DNA of 64,000 nucleotides from Alphaproteobacteria bacterium (GCA_965237415.1 CBDEFM010000002.1:1568001-1632000), one strand, 5' to 3'; counted from the stretch's first letter, positions 33,503 to 44,040 are shown. The notes: generated by a model not told the origin, from the letters alone. A program made the numbers and translations.

Positions 33503-34498
33503 ATGACCCTTCTCACGTTCACGCCACGCACCATCCGGACCCTGATTGCCGCACTCGCGACCACGCTGCTGCTGGCGACCGTCGCGCCCTCGCCGGCGGG
33601 CGCGCACGCCATTCGCGACGAGACTCCGCGCATCGCCGTCGTCTCCGCCTTCGCGCCGGAGCTGGCGATCCTTCAGGGGGAGACGGAGGGCGCGTCGGTG
33701 CTCTCGGTGAACGGCATCGCCTTCACCACCGGCACCCTGGAGGGACGCGAGGTCGTCCTCTTCCTGAGCGGGATCAGCGTCGTCAACGCGGCGATGACGG
33801 TGCAGCTCGCCCTCGACCATTTCGCCATCGAGCGCGTCGTGTTCTCCGGCATCGCCGGCGGCGTGGACCCCGGATTGAACATCGGCGATGTCGTGATCGC
33901 GGATCGCTGGGGCCAGTACCTGGAGATGCTCTTCGCCCGCGAGGTGGACGGCGGCTGGGCCACGATGCCCTTCTTCGAGTACCCCTACGCGAACTTCGGC
34001 ATGATGTTCCCGCGCTCCGTCACCGTGCTCCGCCCCGGCGCCGCGCAGCCCGAGACCCGGTTCTGGTTCCCCGTGGACGACGCGCTGCTCGCCGGCGCCC
34101 GCAGCGTGGCGAACGATGCGGCGCTCGCCCGCTACACGGCGGCGGACATGTGCCTGAACGAATCGCCCAGCCTCGTGGTGGGCGGCTCCGGTGTCTCCGG
34201 CAGTGCCTTCATCGACAATGCGGCCTTCCGGACGTGGGCCTTCGAGACCTTCGGCGCGCGTGTGCTGGATATGGAAAGCGCCGCCGTGGCCCACGTTGCC
34301 TACGCCAACGGCGTGCCCTTCATCGCCATCCGCAGCCTCTCCGATCTCGCGGGCGGCGGCGAGGGCGCGAACCAGATGGAGGTCTTTTTGGGCCTCGCTG
34401 CCGGCAACGCGGCGTCCGTCGTCAAGGCGCTGCTGAGAGCGATGCCGGACCGAACCGACACAGGCCGCGCCGGCCTGGGCGCCGTCCGCGTCAGGTGA
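33503..34498 (+). CDS. MTA/SAH nucleosidase family protein with signal peptide
   Basis: SGISVVNAA, FSGIAGG, DMESAAVAHVA, IRSLSDLAG. Confidence 0.88.
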   Translation: MTLLTFTPRTIRTLIAALATTLLLATVAPSPAGAHAIRDETPRIAVVSAFAPELAILQGETEGASVLSVNGIAFTTGTLEGREVVLFLSGISVVNAAMTVQLALDHFAIERVVFSGIAGGVDPGLNIGDVVIADRWGQYLEMLFAREVDGGWATMPFFEYPYANFGMMFPRSVTVLRPGAAQPETRFWFPVDDALLAGARSVANDAALARYTAADMCLNESPSLVVGGSGVSGSAFIDNAAFRTWAFETFGARVLDMESAAVAHVAYANGVPFIAIRSLSDLAGGGEGANQMEVFLGLAAGNAASVVKALLRAMPDRTDTGRAGLGAVRVR

Positions 34499-35129
34499 CG
34501 AAGGGAATGAGCACCATGACGGCGAGGGTTGCGACGGCAACCCCGATCACCAGCGCCGCACCATAGCGGTGCTCGATCAGCCGCCGCGCCCTGGGGCCCA
34601 AATACCAGAGCACCCCGGCCTCGACGTAGAAGCGCATGCCTCTGGCGACGAGCGAGGCCAGGAGGAAGGCGCCGACATCGAGCCCGGCCGCGCCGCTCGC
34701 GATGGCGACCAGCTTGTAAGGCAACGGAGTCAGCGCGCCGGCGGCGACGAACCACGCGCCCCACGTGTCCCTGTACTCGTAGAACGTCGTAAGGTCGCCG
34801 GAGTGGCCGGAGAGGGCCAGCAAAGGCTCCCCCAGCCAGTCGTAGAGAAAGTAGCCGATCATGTAGCCGGTGAGGCCGCCGCCGACCGACGATACGGTGG
34901 CGATGCCGGCGAAGAACCAGGCCTTGGCGCGCTTCGCGAGCACCATCGGGATGAGCAGAAGGTCCGGCGGCAGCGGCAGGAACAGGCTCTGCAGGTAGCA
35001 GAGCCCCGCCAGCACCCAGACGGCACGGCGCGTGCCGGCGCTCTCGAACGCCCAGTCGTAGAGCCGCCGGACGAGGTTGCGCTCCCTTCTCGCCGCGGGC
35101 GTGGCGCTGTTGTCGGTCATGTCGGACAT
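34491..35129 (-). CDS. YqaA/DedA family membrane protein
   Basis: SLFLPLPPDLLLIPM, TPLPYKL, RGMRFY. Confidence 0.88.
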   Translation of the reverse strand: MSDMTDNSATPAARRERNLVRRLYDWAFESAGTRRAVWVLAGLCYLQSLFLPLPPDLLLIPMVLAKRAKAWFFAGIATVSSVGGGLTGYMIGYFLYDWLGEPLLALSGHSGDLTTFYEYRDTWGAWFVAAGALTPLPYKLVAIASGAAGLDVGAFLLASLVARGMRFYVEAGVLWYLGPRARRLIEHRYGAALVIGVAVATLAVMVLIPFVT

Positions 35130-35400
35130 GTGTGAACGGTCGCGGAGTTACAGCCCACCAGCGCGGGTTGCCGGACTCGGAGTCTAGCCCGGAATTCCCA
35201 CCACGGTCATGGTCCGCGCGGCGCTTTCCGGCCGAGAGAGCAGGAAACCGAGAACCGGAGCCACGACATGTTCCATGCCGTATCCGAACCCAGCGATCCC
35301 CACGCCCTGCCGGGCCTGCGTACCCTATTCCAACCCTGGCCCGCGGACCGGGAAGCAGGGCGCCGGACTGCCGCACCCTCTCGGCGGTTGGTTACAAGGC

Positions 35401-36240
35401 TCACGATTCTCGCCGCGCGGCGAAGAACCGGCAGAGCTCGGCGTCCGGCACCTGCTGCTCGGAATACGTGAATGTGCCGTGGCCACGCATCTCCTCTGCT
35501 GCTCGCCGGATCAGGCCAAAAGTGGCCCGGGCGAGCGACCCGCCGATACTCACCCGCTTCACCCCCAGGTCCTCGAGTTGGCTTACGCTCATCGGACTAC
35601 CGGCGAGACCCATGACCACGTTGACCGGCCCGTCCGCTTCCATCACCAGCCTGCCGATGGTCTCGGCGTCCTTGATACCGGGCACATAGAGGCAGTCCGC
35701 GCCTGCTTCCCGATACATGTTGACCCTTGCCACCGATTCCTCGAACGGCTTCGGGTGTCCCATGAGATAGCATTCGGCCCTCGCGGTCAGGGTAAACGGA
35801 AACGCAAGGGACGCGGCGGCGGTTGCCGCAGCCTCGATCCTCTCCACCGACAGCGCACGATCGTAAAGACCGCCCGTGCCATAAGCGGCTGCATAGTCTT
35901 CGATACTGGCTCCCACCGCGCCAGTGTCGGCCACCCTGCGGATGGTCTCGGCCACCTCTTCCGGCGTATGTCCGTAGCCGTTTTCCGCATCCACACTGAC
36001 CGGTATCCGAAGCGCACCCGCAATCCGGCCGGTCTCCTCCAGCGCCGCGTCCCGGCTGAGCGCTCCTTCATAGTCGGGGAGCCCCAGACAGAAGGCGATA
36101 CCCGCGCTGGTGGTGCCGACTGCGGGGAAACCCGCTGCTTCCAGCATGCAGGCGCTGCCTGCATTCCATGCGTTCGGCATCACGAATATGCCGTCGCCCG
36201 AATGCAGATCCTTGAATGCCCGCCCCTTGCCCGCCCGCAT
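35401..36240 (-). CDS. Isocitrate lyase/PEP mutase family protein
   Basis: PNAWNAGSA, TTSAG, VDAENGYG, SIED, AGADCLYVPG; start uncertain (ORF extends to 36423). Confidence 0.88.
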   Translation of the reverse strand: MRAGKGRAFKDLHSGDGIFVMPNAWNAGSACMLEAAGFPAVGTTSAGIAFCLGLPDYEGALSRDAALEETGRIAGALRIPVSVDAENGYGHTPEEVAETIRRVADTGAVGASIEDYAAAYGTGGLYDRALSVERIEAAATAAASLAFPFTLTARAECYLMGHPKPFEESVARVNMYREAGADCLYVPGIKDAETIGRLVMEADGPVNVVMGLAGSPMSVSQLEDLGVKRVSIGGSLARATFGLIRRAAEEMRGHGTFTYSEQQVPDAELCRFFAARRES

Positions 36241-36635
36241 TTCACTCAACGATTCAATCCCCGCGTGTAGGAAGGCCGGCCAATGCATTGGCGACCTGCC
36301 CATAAGGTGGACCGGCTCGACTCTTAGTCGAGCGCTGTCGGCAAAGCCATGCTTGAAGTGGTCTACGGCGAAGTCACGCAGCCGGGTCTGGAGCGTGTCG
36401 GCGATGCGGGCGAGGACATGCAACCGGTCCGCCGGGCCGTCGAGAAGAAGCTCGGCGACTGCGGGGCCGAGATGCGAGGCCGGGATGTTGCTCGGCGCCG
36501 GATATTAAGTGAGCATCGAGGACAACGCAGTCATCGGCTCGGCGATGGTTCGCGTCCAGCCCTTCGGCGAAGGTCAAACCCGCGCCTGGCTGACGAACGA
36601 GCCTGCCGCGATCGATGCCGCCCAACTGCCGGACC

Positions 36636-37229
36636 ATGACCGCGACTCATTCGGATCACGCGCTGGCCACCCGCTTCCTGGATGTGGTCGAGCACGACAT
36701 CGTTCCCCTGACGCGGGCGGGCGTGGAGCGCGGCGACAAGGTGTTCGGCGGCGCGATCCTCCGCAAGTCGGACCTGTCGCTCGTCATCGCTGGAACCAAC
36801 CGTGAGACCCAGAACCCGCTATTCCACGGAGAGGTAGCCACCCTGAACGCGTTCTTCGCGCTGTCCGGGCCAGCGCGTCCTGCACCTGAGGATTGCCTGT
36901 TCCTGTCGACCCATGAGCCCTGCTCGTTATGCCTGTCGGCGATCACCTGGGCCGGGTTCGACAACTTCCACTACCTCTTCGGCTACGAGGACACCCGAGA
37001 CGCCTTCAACATCCCCCATGACCTGAAGATCCTAAGCGAGGTCTTCCGCATCGAGAACGGAGACTATGCCCGCGAGAACGCGTTCTGGCGAAGCCGATCC
37101 ATTGACGATCTCATCGGCAGCGAGAGCGAAGATATGAAGAGGCGGATCCGCCGCCTTCGGTCGCTTTATGACGAGCTCTCCTCCGTGTACCAGGCGTCGA
37201 AGAGGGGCAGCGACATCCCGCTGCGCTGA
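36636..37229 (+). CDS. Zn-dependent nucleoside/nucleobase deaminase
   Basis: HGE and EPCSLC motifs. Confidence 0.88.
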   Translation: MTATHSDHALATRFLDVVEHDIVPLTRAGVERGDKVFGGAILRKSDLSLVIAGTNRETQNPLFHGEVATLNAFFALSGPARPAPEDCLFLSTHEPCSLCLSAITWAGFDNFHYLFGYEDTRDAFNIPHDLKILSEVFRIENGDYARENAFWRSRSIDDLIGSESEDMKRRIRRLRSLYDELSSVYQASKRGSDIPLR

Positions 37230-37381
37230 CGAGAGTGGCCATGCGCCCACCGCGTCCACCGGGCACGGATTCATCCATCTGGCGTAGCCGCTGTGACTCT
37301 CGCGGAGATTGACGCGCGGCTTTCACCCTGATCGCTGCGCCACAGAAGCAAGCCTCCGCTGAAGGCCGTAATCTATGCGGC

Positions 37382-37592
37382 TAGCCCGCATTTCTCACCA
37401 AGGTCATGGTCTGCGCGGCGCTGTCCGGCCGACAGAGCAGGAACGGCGCGCAGCGCAGCGCGCGTCCACGCGCGCGGAGCGCACGATGCGGGCCTCAACC
37501 GTAGCTCCAGCTACGCTCTCTTCGGTCCGCTCCTGGCGGATCGAACGTCTGGGCGCGACGCGGGCCGCGACCGTGGTGAGAAATCCGGGCTA
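37382..37592. mobile_element. MITE family A, long copy
   Basis: TIRs tagcccgcatttctcacca / tggtgagaaatccgggcta with TA termini. Confidence 0.78.
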
Positions 37593-38900
37593 CCCCTTAA
37601 ACAGCTTCCGGTCCTTGCGCTTGTGCCACGCCACCGCGAGCGGCATGAACCAGGGGCGGCCGGTGTAGAACGGCTTGGTCGGGAAGGGCCGCCCGTCGAA
37701 GGCGGACTTGGCTTCCGGGTCGCCCAGCACCCGAAGCGCGGTCTTGTGGCCGAGATAGGTGCCCATGGGCACGCCGGACCCGCACCAGCCCATGGCGTAC
37801 TCGACGCCGTCGTGGCTCCCGGTGTGGGGCATCATGTCGAAGGTGAAGGCGGTCTTGCCGGTCCAGCAATGGCTGATCTTCACGCCTTCCAGCGCCGGCA
37901 CGATATGCACCATGGCATCGCGCAGGGTGCGTGCCTTGCGTTCGAGGTCGGCAGGCGGCTCCGCGCTGAGCCCGCCGAAGAGAATCCGCGTGCCGTCCTC
38001 GTTGGGCCGAAGCCAGCAGGGCGAATAGCGGTGCTCGAGCATCGGGCGCGCGCCCGGCGCGATCTCCTCGACCCGCTCCGGGGGCAACGGCTCGGTCGCG
38101 ATCATGAAGGCATCGACCGGTATCACCCGCCGACGCAGCCACTGCGCGGCCTTGGGCGTATAGCCGTTGGTCGCCACGATCACGTGGCCCGCCCGCACCG
38201 TGCCGCGCGGCGTCGCGATGCGGAAGCCGCTGCCGCTGCGCTCGATGGCCTGCACCGGGCAGTGGCTCACGATCTGCGCGCCGTCGCGGGCGGCGCGCTC
38301 CAGCAGGCCCGCATGATAGAGGCCCGGGTGGATCGTGCCGTTGCCGCGCAGGATCTGGCCGCCGTGGTAGCGCCCTTTGCGGTAGGCGGGCGGCGCCGCT
38401 TCGGGCTCGACCATCTCCGCATCCACCGGGACCCCGTCCTCCCGCATCATGGCGAGGTCGCGCGCGAGGCTGTCGAACACGCGCTTGGAGGGCGCCGCGA
38501 TGAAGCGCCCGGTGTTGCGATAGAAGCAGGCGATCTGCTCTCGCTCGATCAGGGACGACGCATAGTCATGGGCGGCGATCGCCGCGCGGCAGACTTGCGC
38601 CGCGCGTTCGCGCCCGAGCTTCGGCACCATCTCGCCATACTTGTGCCAGACCTGGCGACCGAGGTAGCCGGCGTTGCGCGTGCTGGCGCCGTGCCCTGCG
38701 GCCTCGCCATCGAGCACCACCACGTCGCTGCCGCGGCGGGCGAGCGTGAGCGCGGCGGAAAGCCCCACGTTGCCCGCACCCACGATCACCGTCTCCGCCG
38801 CGGCCGGCGGCACGGCCTCCATCGCCTCCGGCCGCGGCGCCAAGTCCCACCAATACGGCGTCGCCTTGAAATCCTCCGTCAGCACCGCGCTGCTCGCCAT
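37590..38900 (-). CDS. FAD-dependent oxidoreductase (DAO/PuuB-like)
   Basis: IVGAGNVGLSAA, GASTRNAG, VATNGY, HCWTG, GSGVPMG. Confidence 0.9.
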   Translation of the reverse strand: MASSAVLTEDFKATPYWWDLAPRPEAMEAVPPAAAETVIVGAGNVGLSAALTLARRGSDVVVLDGEAAGHGASTRNAGYLGRQVWHKYGEMVPKLGRERAAQVCRAAIAAHDYASSLIEREQIACFYRNTGRFIAAPSKRVFDSLARDLAMMREDGVPVDAEMVEPEAAPPAYRKGRYHGGQILRGNGTIHPGLYHAGLLERAARDGAQIVSHCPVQAIERSGSGFRIATPRGTVRAGHVIVATNGYTPKAAQWLRRRVIPVDAFMIATEPLPPERVEEIAPGARPMLEHRYSPCWLRPNEDGTRILFGGLSAEPPADLERKARTLRDAMVHIVPALEGVKISHCWTGKTAFTFDMMPHTGSHDGVEYAMGWCGSGVPMGTYLGHKTALRVLGDPEAKSAFDGRPFPTKPFYTGRPWFMPLAVAWHKRKDRKLFKG

Positions 38901-38961
38901 CGCACCCTCCGGGCTTCGGTACGCCGTACGGTACCGCGGCCCGAGCGTTCAACACTACGCC

Positions 38962-39268
38962 GACGCGATGTAGGCGGTGCTCAATACCTACCTCGTCACC
39001 TGCAACCGCATGAGCCCCTACCGGGGTCGCGCTATGAACGGCGGGTCGCCTTGCCAGGCGTTCAAGAACGACTTGGCGAGCCCCGACAAGTCCGCCACCA
39101 TCACGACAGAGGAAGAACGAAAGGCCGCTTGATCATCCCCCCAGCCGCAAAGCGGCTAACGGGGCGGCACTGTCAGGCCATTACCATCTCTGCACAAGCT
39201 GCTTGATCATTCCCCCGGGCCACAAAGCGGCTACCGGGGCGGCAGCGTGCGACAAAATACTCTGTACA
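38962..39268 (+). mobile_element. IS481 family remnant with duplicated right end
   Basis: Degenerate tail YLVTCNRMSPYRGRAMNGGSPCQAF..KAA*; two similar ends terminating ctctgcaca and ctctgtaca. Confidence 0.6.
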
Positions 39269-39587
39269 GACTGACGAATCGGATTGCAGAAGCCGATATC
39301 TATCTCAGCACACCAGAAAGATTACCAATCTTGTACAGCGAGATGGCGATTGTGGTATCAAAACCTTCCGCTCATATCCCTCCTCTACTATTCGCTTCCC
39401 TATCTTGTCATTTGGCCGCTGACAATTAGGAAAGTTTCGCTGTCCGTTCCCAATTTCCTCAGCTCGACGAACATCAGAGATCATGCACGTCACTGCTTCA
39501 CCAAGCCCAATCTAAGTGTCCACTTCAATTTCGCAAAGCCCTCCTAAATTCGTCCCGCTCCGCAGACTAACTTGACCGAACGACCAC

Positions 39588-39926
39588 TCAAAATCTCCAT
39601 TCAAATCCACAACCAAAATCTTTGCAAACCCACTTGCACTTTGAAATGGATGGCAATAGCGTTGTCCACGTATGAATCTCTGAATCTTGTTGACCTAGCA
39701 CTCCGATACTTACCGCCTGTCCTGGAATACCGTACGCTTCCAACAGGGCGTGCACTTCTGACAGGAATTCTGGAAGCCTGTCCTTGATTTTCGGATTGTT
39801 TGCTATACAAGAGCAGTCACAGCAATCGTAACTGCAGCAAGCGGTGGAGTGTTCATCTGCCCGCGCAAATGCGGAAGACAGTAGAATTGCGCCCAACACA
39901 ATTGATACGGCTAAGGACTTAAGCAT
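39588..39926 (-). CDS. Small secreted cysteine-rich hypothetical protein
   Basis: RBS aaggag, signal peptide ending AFARA, CCSYDCCDCSC and CKWVCKDFGC; low-GC context. Confidence 0.55.
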   Translation of the reverse strand: MLKSLAVSIVLGAILLSSAFARADEHSTACCSYDCCDCSCIANNPKIKDRLPEFLSEVHALLEAYGIPGQAVSIGVLGQQDSEIHTWTTLLPSISKCKWVCKDFGCGFEWRF

Positions 39927-40439
39927 TGGGTATCTCCTTTCCTGCTGCCTGACTTTCGCCATATTTGATCCGCAGATGGCTAGTTCGAACGATAACTCGG
40001 CGCGTCAGCCGCGTGACCCAGTGAGCCTCCCGCCCGATTGCGACCCAAGTGTTCCTCAGATGCCTGCCTGTCGCCATCGGCGTGCCGGTTTGGTCTCCGT
40101 CCATGAGATACCAGTAATAGCAGAAGAGATATATCTAAGCAAGCATTTCTGTAAATCAGTTTATTGAACGGCACCTCGACCGGCTGCGAGAGCGCCGCGG
40201 AGGAGCCGCCTATCACGCGCCTCGGTTCGCGGTTGTCTCAATAGACCCACTGTGGAGCGGACTACGCCGAGGACGCGCCGGTTGCAGCGGCGGAGCGGGG
40301 CGCGGGCAGTCGGATCGCCGGCCGGGCGCCGTCTCGACAGACCCAGCTTCAGGCTGCCAGCGTCGCGCCCGGTCGGCTATTCTAGAGGGGCATAGCCGCG
40401 AACGGCCGGCCGTGGGCGAGGACAGAGGTTGGGGAGATT

Positions 40440-40883
40440 ATGGGACGCGTCGGAATTTGCGGGGTAGCGGCCACTGCCCTGATGGTTGCGGGATTCGCGG
40501 GAAGCGCGCTTGCCGACCCCAAGGGCGTCTGGCTCAGCGGGTCAGGCAAGTCGTATGTGAAGATTCATCCCTGCGAGGACGACAACGAGAAGCTGTGCGG
40601 CGAGATCGTGTGGCTCAGGAGTCCCCTCGGCAAGGACGGTAAGCCCAGGCGCGACATCCACAACGACAACAAATCGCTCCGCGACCGGCCGATCATGGGC
40701 CTCCGCGTGCTGTGGGACCTGGAGGACGATGGCGGCGGCGAGTGGGACGACGGCGAGATCTACAATCCCGAGGACGGCGAGTCCTACGACGCCGAAATGG
40801 AAGAGGTCGACGCGAACACGCTCAAAGTGAGGGGCTGCGTGTGGTTCCTCTGCAAGACGCAGACCTGGGAGCGGGTGGAATAA
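40440..40883 (+). CDS. DUF2147 domain secreted protein
   Basis: GVWL, LCGEIVWL, GEIYNPEDGESY, LKVRGC..CKTQTWER. Confidence 0.88.
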   Translation: MGRVGICGVAATALMVAGFAGSALADPKGVWLSGSGKSYVKIHPCEDDNEKLCGEIVWLRSPLGKDGKPRRDIHNDNKSLRDRPIMGLRVLWDLEDDGGGEWDDGEIYNPEDGESYDAEMEEVDANTLKVRGCVWFLCKTQTWERVE

Positions 40884-40913
40884 TCAGGCAGCGGCGCCCG
40901 GATATACTTCTTC

Positions 40914-41001
40914 ATATCCCTCAGACGCCGGGCGCTCGCGCCGCTCGCTTGGCTTCGCGCTACGCGCGCGGCGCGGTCGCGCCGTCCGGGCCTGACGGCC
41001 C
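40914..41001. repeat. Palindromic intergenic repeat family B, copy 1
   Basis: atatccctca..cgccgggcgctcg..cgctcgcttggct..gtcgcgccgtccgggcctg shared with 58409-58524. Confidence 0.7.
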
Positions 41002-41045
41002 GGTCCTCTTAACATCAAATACCTTGCCGGTGGCCGTTCGAACGC

Positions 41046-41528
41046 TCAGCCCGGCGCGCCGCGCCCCCTCAGCCAGCGCGCAAGCGCCTTGTCGGGATCG
41101 GCGATCTCATCCACCGAGGCATACCAGTACGCCTCCCAACCCACCTCCGGCAGGCCGGTGAAGATCATCAGGTTGAGGGGATAGGCCTCGCTGTCGGTGC
41201 AGCGCCGAAAATCGTCCCGGAACAGGAACACCGGCTTCTCCCAGGCGATCGCCATGCCGAGCTCCACCATCACGCCTTCGTCCGGCGGGCAGCCGTTCAC
41301 CACGGCGAAGATCCCGTCGGCGTCGCGCACGTCGCGCAGGTCCGCCTGGCCGATCTGGTAGGCCCAGCCGGCGGCGGCCTTGTCGATCTGGTTGTTGCGG
41401 GCGAAGGGCTCCCAGACCTCGGCGCCGAGCGCTTCCAGCGCCGCGACCAGCGCCTGGAGCGGCCCGGCGTTCTGCTGGGCGGAGAAGCCGTAGGGGTTCG
41501 CCAGGTAAAGCGTCTTGGCAGCAGGCAT
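41046..41528 (-). CDS. Nucleoside 2-deoxyribosyltransferase family protein
   Basis: YLANPYGFS, DEGVMVELGMAIA, NLMI. Confidence 0.88.
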   Translation of the reverse strand: MPAAKTLYLANPYGFSAQQNAGPLQALVAALEALGAEVWEPFARNNQIDKAAAGWAYQIGQADLRDVRDADGIFAVVNGCPPDEGVMVELGMAIAWEKPVFLFRDDFRRCTDSEAYPLNLMIFTGLPEVGWEAYWYASVDEIADPDKALARWLRGRGAPG

Positions 41529-41541
41529 GGCGCCGTCCCGC

Positions 41542-42201
41542 TCAGACTGCCGCGCGCCAGCGGGCGATGGCGGCCTCGAGGCCGGAGCGCGGGCTGGTCA
41601 AGAGCGGTATCGCGATGTCTGCGCAACGGGCGAGCGCCGGCGTCATGGAGGCCTGGGCGAGCACGATGACATCGGCCGAGGACGCGGCTTCATGCAGGCC
41701 CTCCGCAATGATGCGCTCGTGGCCCTCCGCATCGCCCGCCACCAGCCGGGCGCGCGCCTCGGCGAAGACGACGGAGCCGATCTCGACCTCTTTGCCGGCG
41801 CGGCGCGCGGCGTCCGCGACGAGATCGGCGGTGGGCCCGATGGTGGTGGCCAGCGTCGCCGCGACGGTGATGCGCCGCCCGGTCTCGACCGCCGCCTCCG
41901 CCATGGGCCGGTCGACCCGGAGGATCGGCACTTGGGCCTCTGCCGCCGCATCGTCGGCACCCGAGCCGACCGTCGAGCAGGTGCAGAGCACCACGCACGC
42001 GCCCTCCGCCGCCTCCAGCAGAGCGTCTCGGGTGCGCGCCCTGATCTCGTCCGTCAGCGTGCCCGCGTCGATGGCATCCGTGAGCAGCGCCGCCTGAACC
42101 ACGTGACGGACCGGAACGTCGGGGTCGATCTCGGCGCGCAGTTCGTCGAACAGGTCGGCAAGCGCCGCCACCGTGTGCACCATGACCAAATCGCCGCTCA
42201 T
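41542..42201 (-). CDS. Asp/Glu/hydantoin racemase family protein
   Basis: LCTCSTVG, RVDRPMA, VLAQASM, TSPRSG. Confidence 0.75.
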   Translation of the reverse strand: MSGDLVMVHTVAALADLFDELRAEIDPDVPVRHVVQAALLTDAIDAGTLTDEIRARTRDALLEAAEGACVVLCTCSTVGSGADDAAAEAQVPILRVDRPMAEAAVETGRRITVAATLATTIGPTADLVADAARRAGKEVEIGSVVFAEARARLVAGDAEGHERIIAEGLHEAASSADVIVLAQASMTPALARCADIAIPLLTSPRSGLEAAIARWRAAV

Positions 42202-42268
42202 CGCCCGCTCCTTCGTGTCCGTGCGCCGCCGGCCGTCCCTAGCAGATGACGCGGATACGCAAAAGCGC

Positions 42269-43072
42269 TCACGCCCGCCAGACGACCGGGTATTGCGGAT
42301 CGTTGTGGAAGGGCTCGCCGGTGCTGAGCGTCGTTGGATGCTTCGGGAACTCGGCCGGCGGCTCGCGCAGGATGAAGCGGACGTCGTCGCCGAGCCACCG
42401 GTGGGTGATGGTTCGTCGGCGCGTGTCGCGCGTCAGGTTGTTGCGGCCCTGGTGCACCACCAGCCCCTGGAAGAAGATGCAATCCCCCGGCTCCAGCTCC
42501 CACGAGACGATGTCGTAGTCCTCGCGCGCGGCCTCGATGTCCGGGCAGCGATCGAACGCGGCGCTCGGATGGCGGCTGCCGTCCAGCATGCTGTCGAAGG
42601 GCGCGAACCAGCGCCCCCAGCGATGGGAGCCGCGCACGAACTCCAGCGTCGTCTCCGGCGTGATCGGGTCGAGCGGGATCCAGTTGGAGCAGAGCTGCTG
42701 GCCATCCACCGCCATGTAGGGCTGGTCCTGATGCCAGCGGGTGAGGCCTTCGGTGCCGGGCTCCTTCACGAATATCTGGTCGTAGAAGAAGGTGATGGCG
42801 GATGCGCCTGAGAGCGCGGCGGCGATCTGGGCGCACGGCCCCTCCAGGGCGAACGCCCGCATCTGCGGCACACGGCGCCAGAGATCGAAATCGTTGAAGA
42901 AGAGGCCGGGGTCCGAGTCCGCCGTGTAGACCTCGACATGGGGGCCCGGCGCGGCCATGTCGGCGGCGACGCCATCCCGCAGGCGTTCGATCCACTCTGG
43001 GCTGATGACGCCGCGCAGGCACACCGCGCCGTCGTCGCGATAGGCGTCGATTTCGGCTTGCGTCGGCATCAT
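42269..43072 (-). CDS. Phytanoyl-CoA dioxygenase family protein
   Basis: WHQD, WIPLDP, GSHRW, PGDCIFF..VH. Confidence 0.88.
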   Translation of the reverse strand: MMPTQAEIDAYRDDGAVCLRGVISPEWIERLRDGVAADMAAPGPHVEVYTADSDPGLFFNDFDLWRRVPQMRAFALEGPCAQIAAALSGASAITFFYDQIFVKEPGTEGLTRWHQDQPYMAVDGQQLCSNWIPLDPITPETTLEFVRGSHRWGRWFAPFDSMLDGSRHPSAAFDRCPDIEAAREDYDIVSWELEPGDCIFFQGLVVHQGRNNLTRDTRRRTITHRWLGDDVRFILREPPAEFPKHPTTLSTGEPFHNDPQYPVVWRA

Positions 43073-43259
43073 GGCGCGCTCCTCCGTCGCCTGGCGCGAG
43101 TGTAGCGCAGCGCGCGCCGAGCGAGCCATTCCTCATCGTCGTCGCTCCGCCCCGAAGCCCTTACTTGAATTGCGGCGCTCACGTGCGCACCTATGCCGGC
43201 AACGCGACGTGTCGTATTCGCGTGCACGCGCGCGAGAACATGGATCGAGGGAGCAAGCA

Positions 43260-43895
43260 ATGATCGGCAAGGGATTGATGAAGCGGCTCGGGACGGTGCG
43301 CGGCAGGGTCGGCCGGGTGGGCCTGGCGGCGACCGCGCTGCTCGCCGTGGCAGCGATCGCCGTTAGCTGCGAGACCGCGCCGCCGAGCCGCGACAGCGCT
43401 CCCCCCTCGTTCGCCGCGCTGCCGCCGCTGGTGTTCGACCTCGGCCGGATCGAGGTCGTCGAACGCCCGGCCGCGCCGCATCCCGACGATGTCGAGCACC
43501 TGTTCCCCACCCCGCCGGCCATCGCGATCGGGCTCTGGGTGACGGACAGGCTGCGGGCGAGCGGCACCGTCGGCGTGCTCCGCGTCACGGTGGACGAGGC
43601 CAGCGCCAGGTCGACACGGCTCGAGACCAACGCCGATCTCGAGGGCCTGTTCACCAAAGAGCAGGCGGAACGGCTGGACCTGCTGCTCCGCGTCACCATC
43701 GAGGCGATCGACGCGAACGGCGCCGTCAACGGCAGCACCTCGGCCGACGCCAGGCGCTCCCGCACGCTGCCGGAGGGCATCACCCTCGCCGAGCGCGAGC
43801 GGCTCTACGACCAGACCGTCGAAGCTCTGCTTTACGACTACAACGCCAGCCAAGAGCAGGCGATCCGCCAGTATCTCCACCTCTATCTGCGCTAA
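43260..43895 (+). CDS. Hypothetical lipoprotein
   Basis: Lipobox-like AVSC after hydrophobic stretch; host-like codon bias. Confidence 0.6.
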   Translation: MIGKGLMKRLGTVRGRVGRVGLAATALLAVAAIAVSCETAPPSRDSAPPSFAALPPLVFDLGRIEVVERPAAPHPDDVEHLFPTPPAIAIGLWVTDRLRASGTVGVLRVTVDEASARSTRLETNADLEGLFTKEQAERLDLLLRVTIEAIDANGAVNGSTSADARRSRTLPEGITLAERERLYDQTVEALLYDYNASQEQAIRQYLHLYLR

Positions 43896-44040
43896 GGCGC
43901 GTGCCGAAACGCGTTGTCACAGGGCTCATGCTCGACAACGACCCGGTCTCGTTGCCGGAGGTCGTGGCAGAACTCAAGAGACCGTGTGATGATGCAAAGA
44001 GAAGCGTGCGGTGTCCGTAACGCGATGGAGGTGCTTCGCA

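Noticed and set aside
36241-36540. In-frame N-terminal extension of the ICL/PEP mutase gene
   Set aside because: No identifiable domain; possibly a gene remnant or a chance open frame.
39127-39244. Two ~43-bp hairpin direct repeats with a 31-bp spacer, resembling a mini-CRISPR
   Set aside because: Only two divergent copies, no cas genes, and they follow an IS481-like transposase tail and end in ..tgYaca; better explained as duplicated IS ends.
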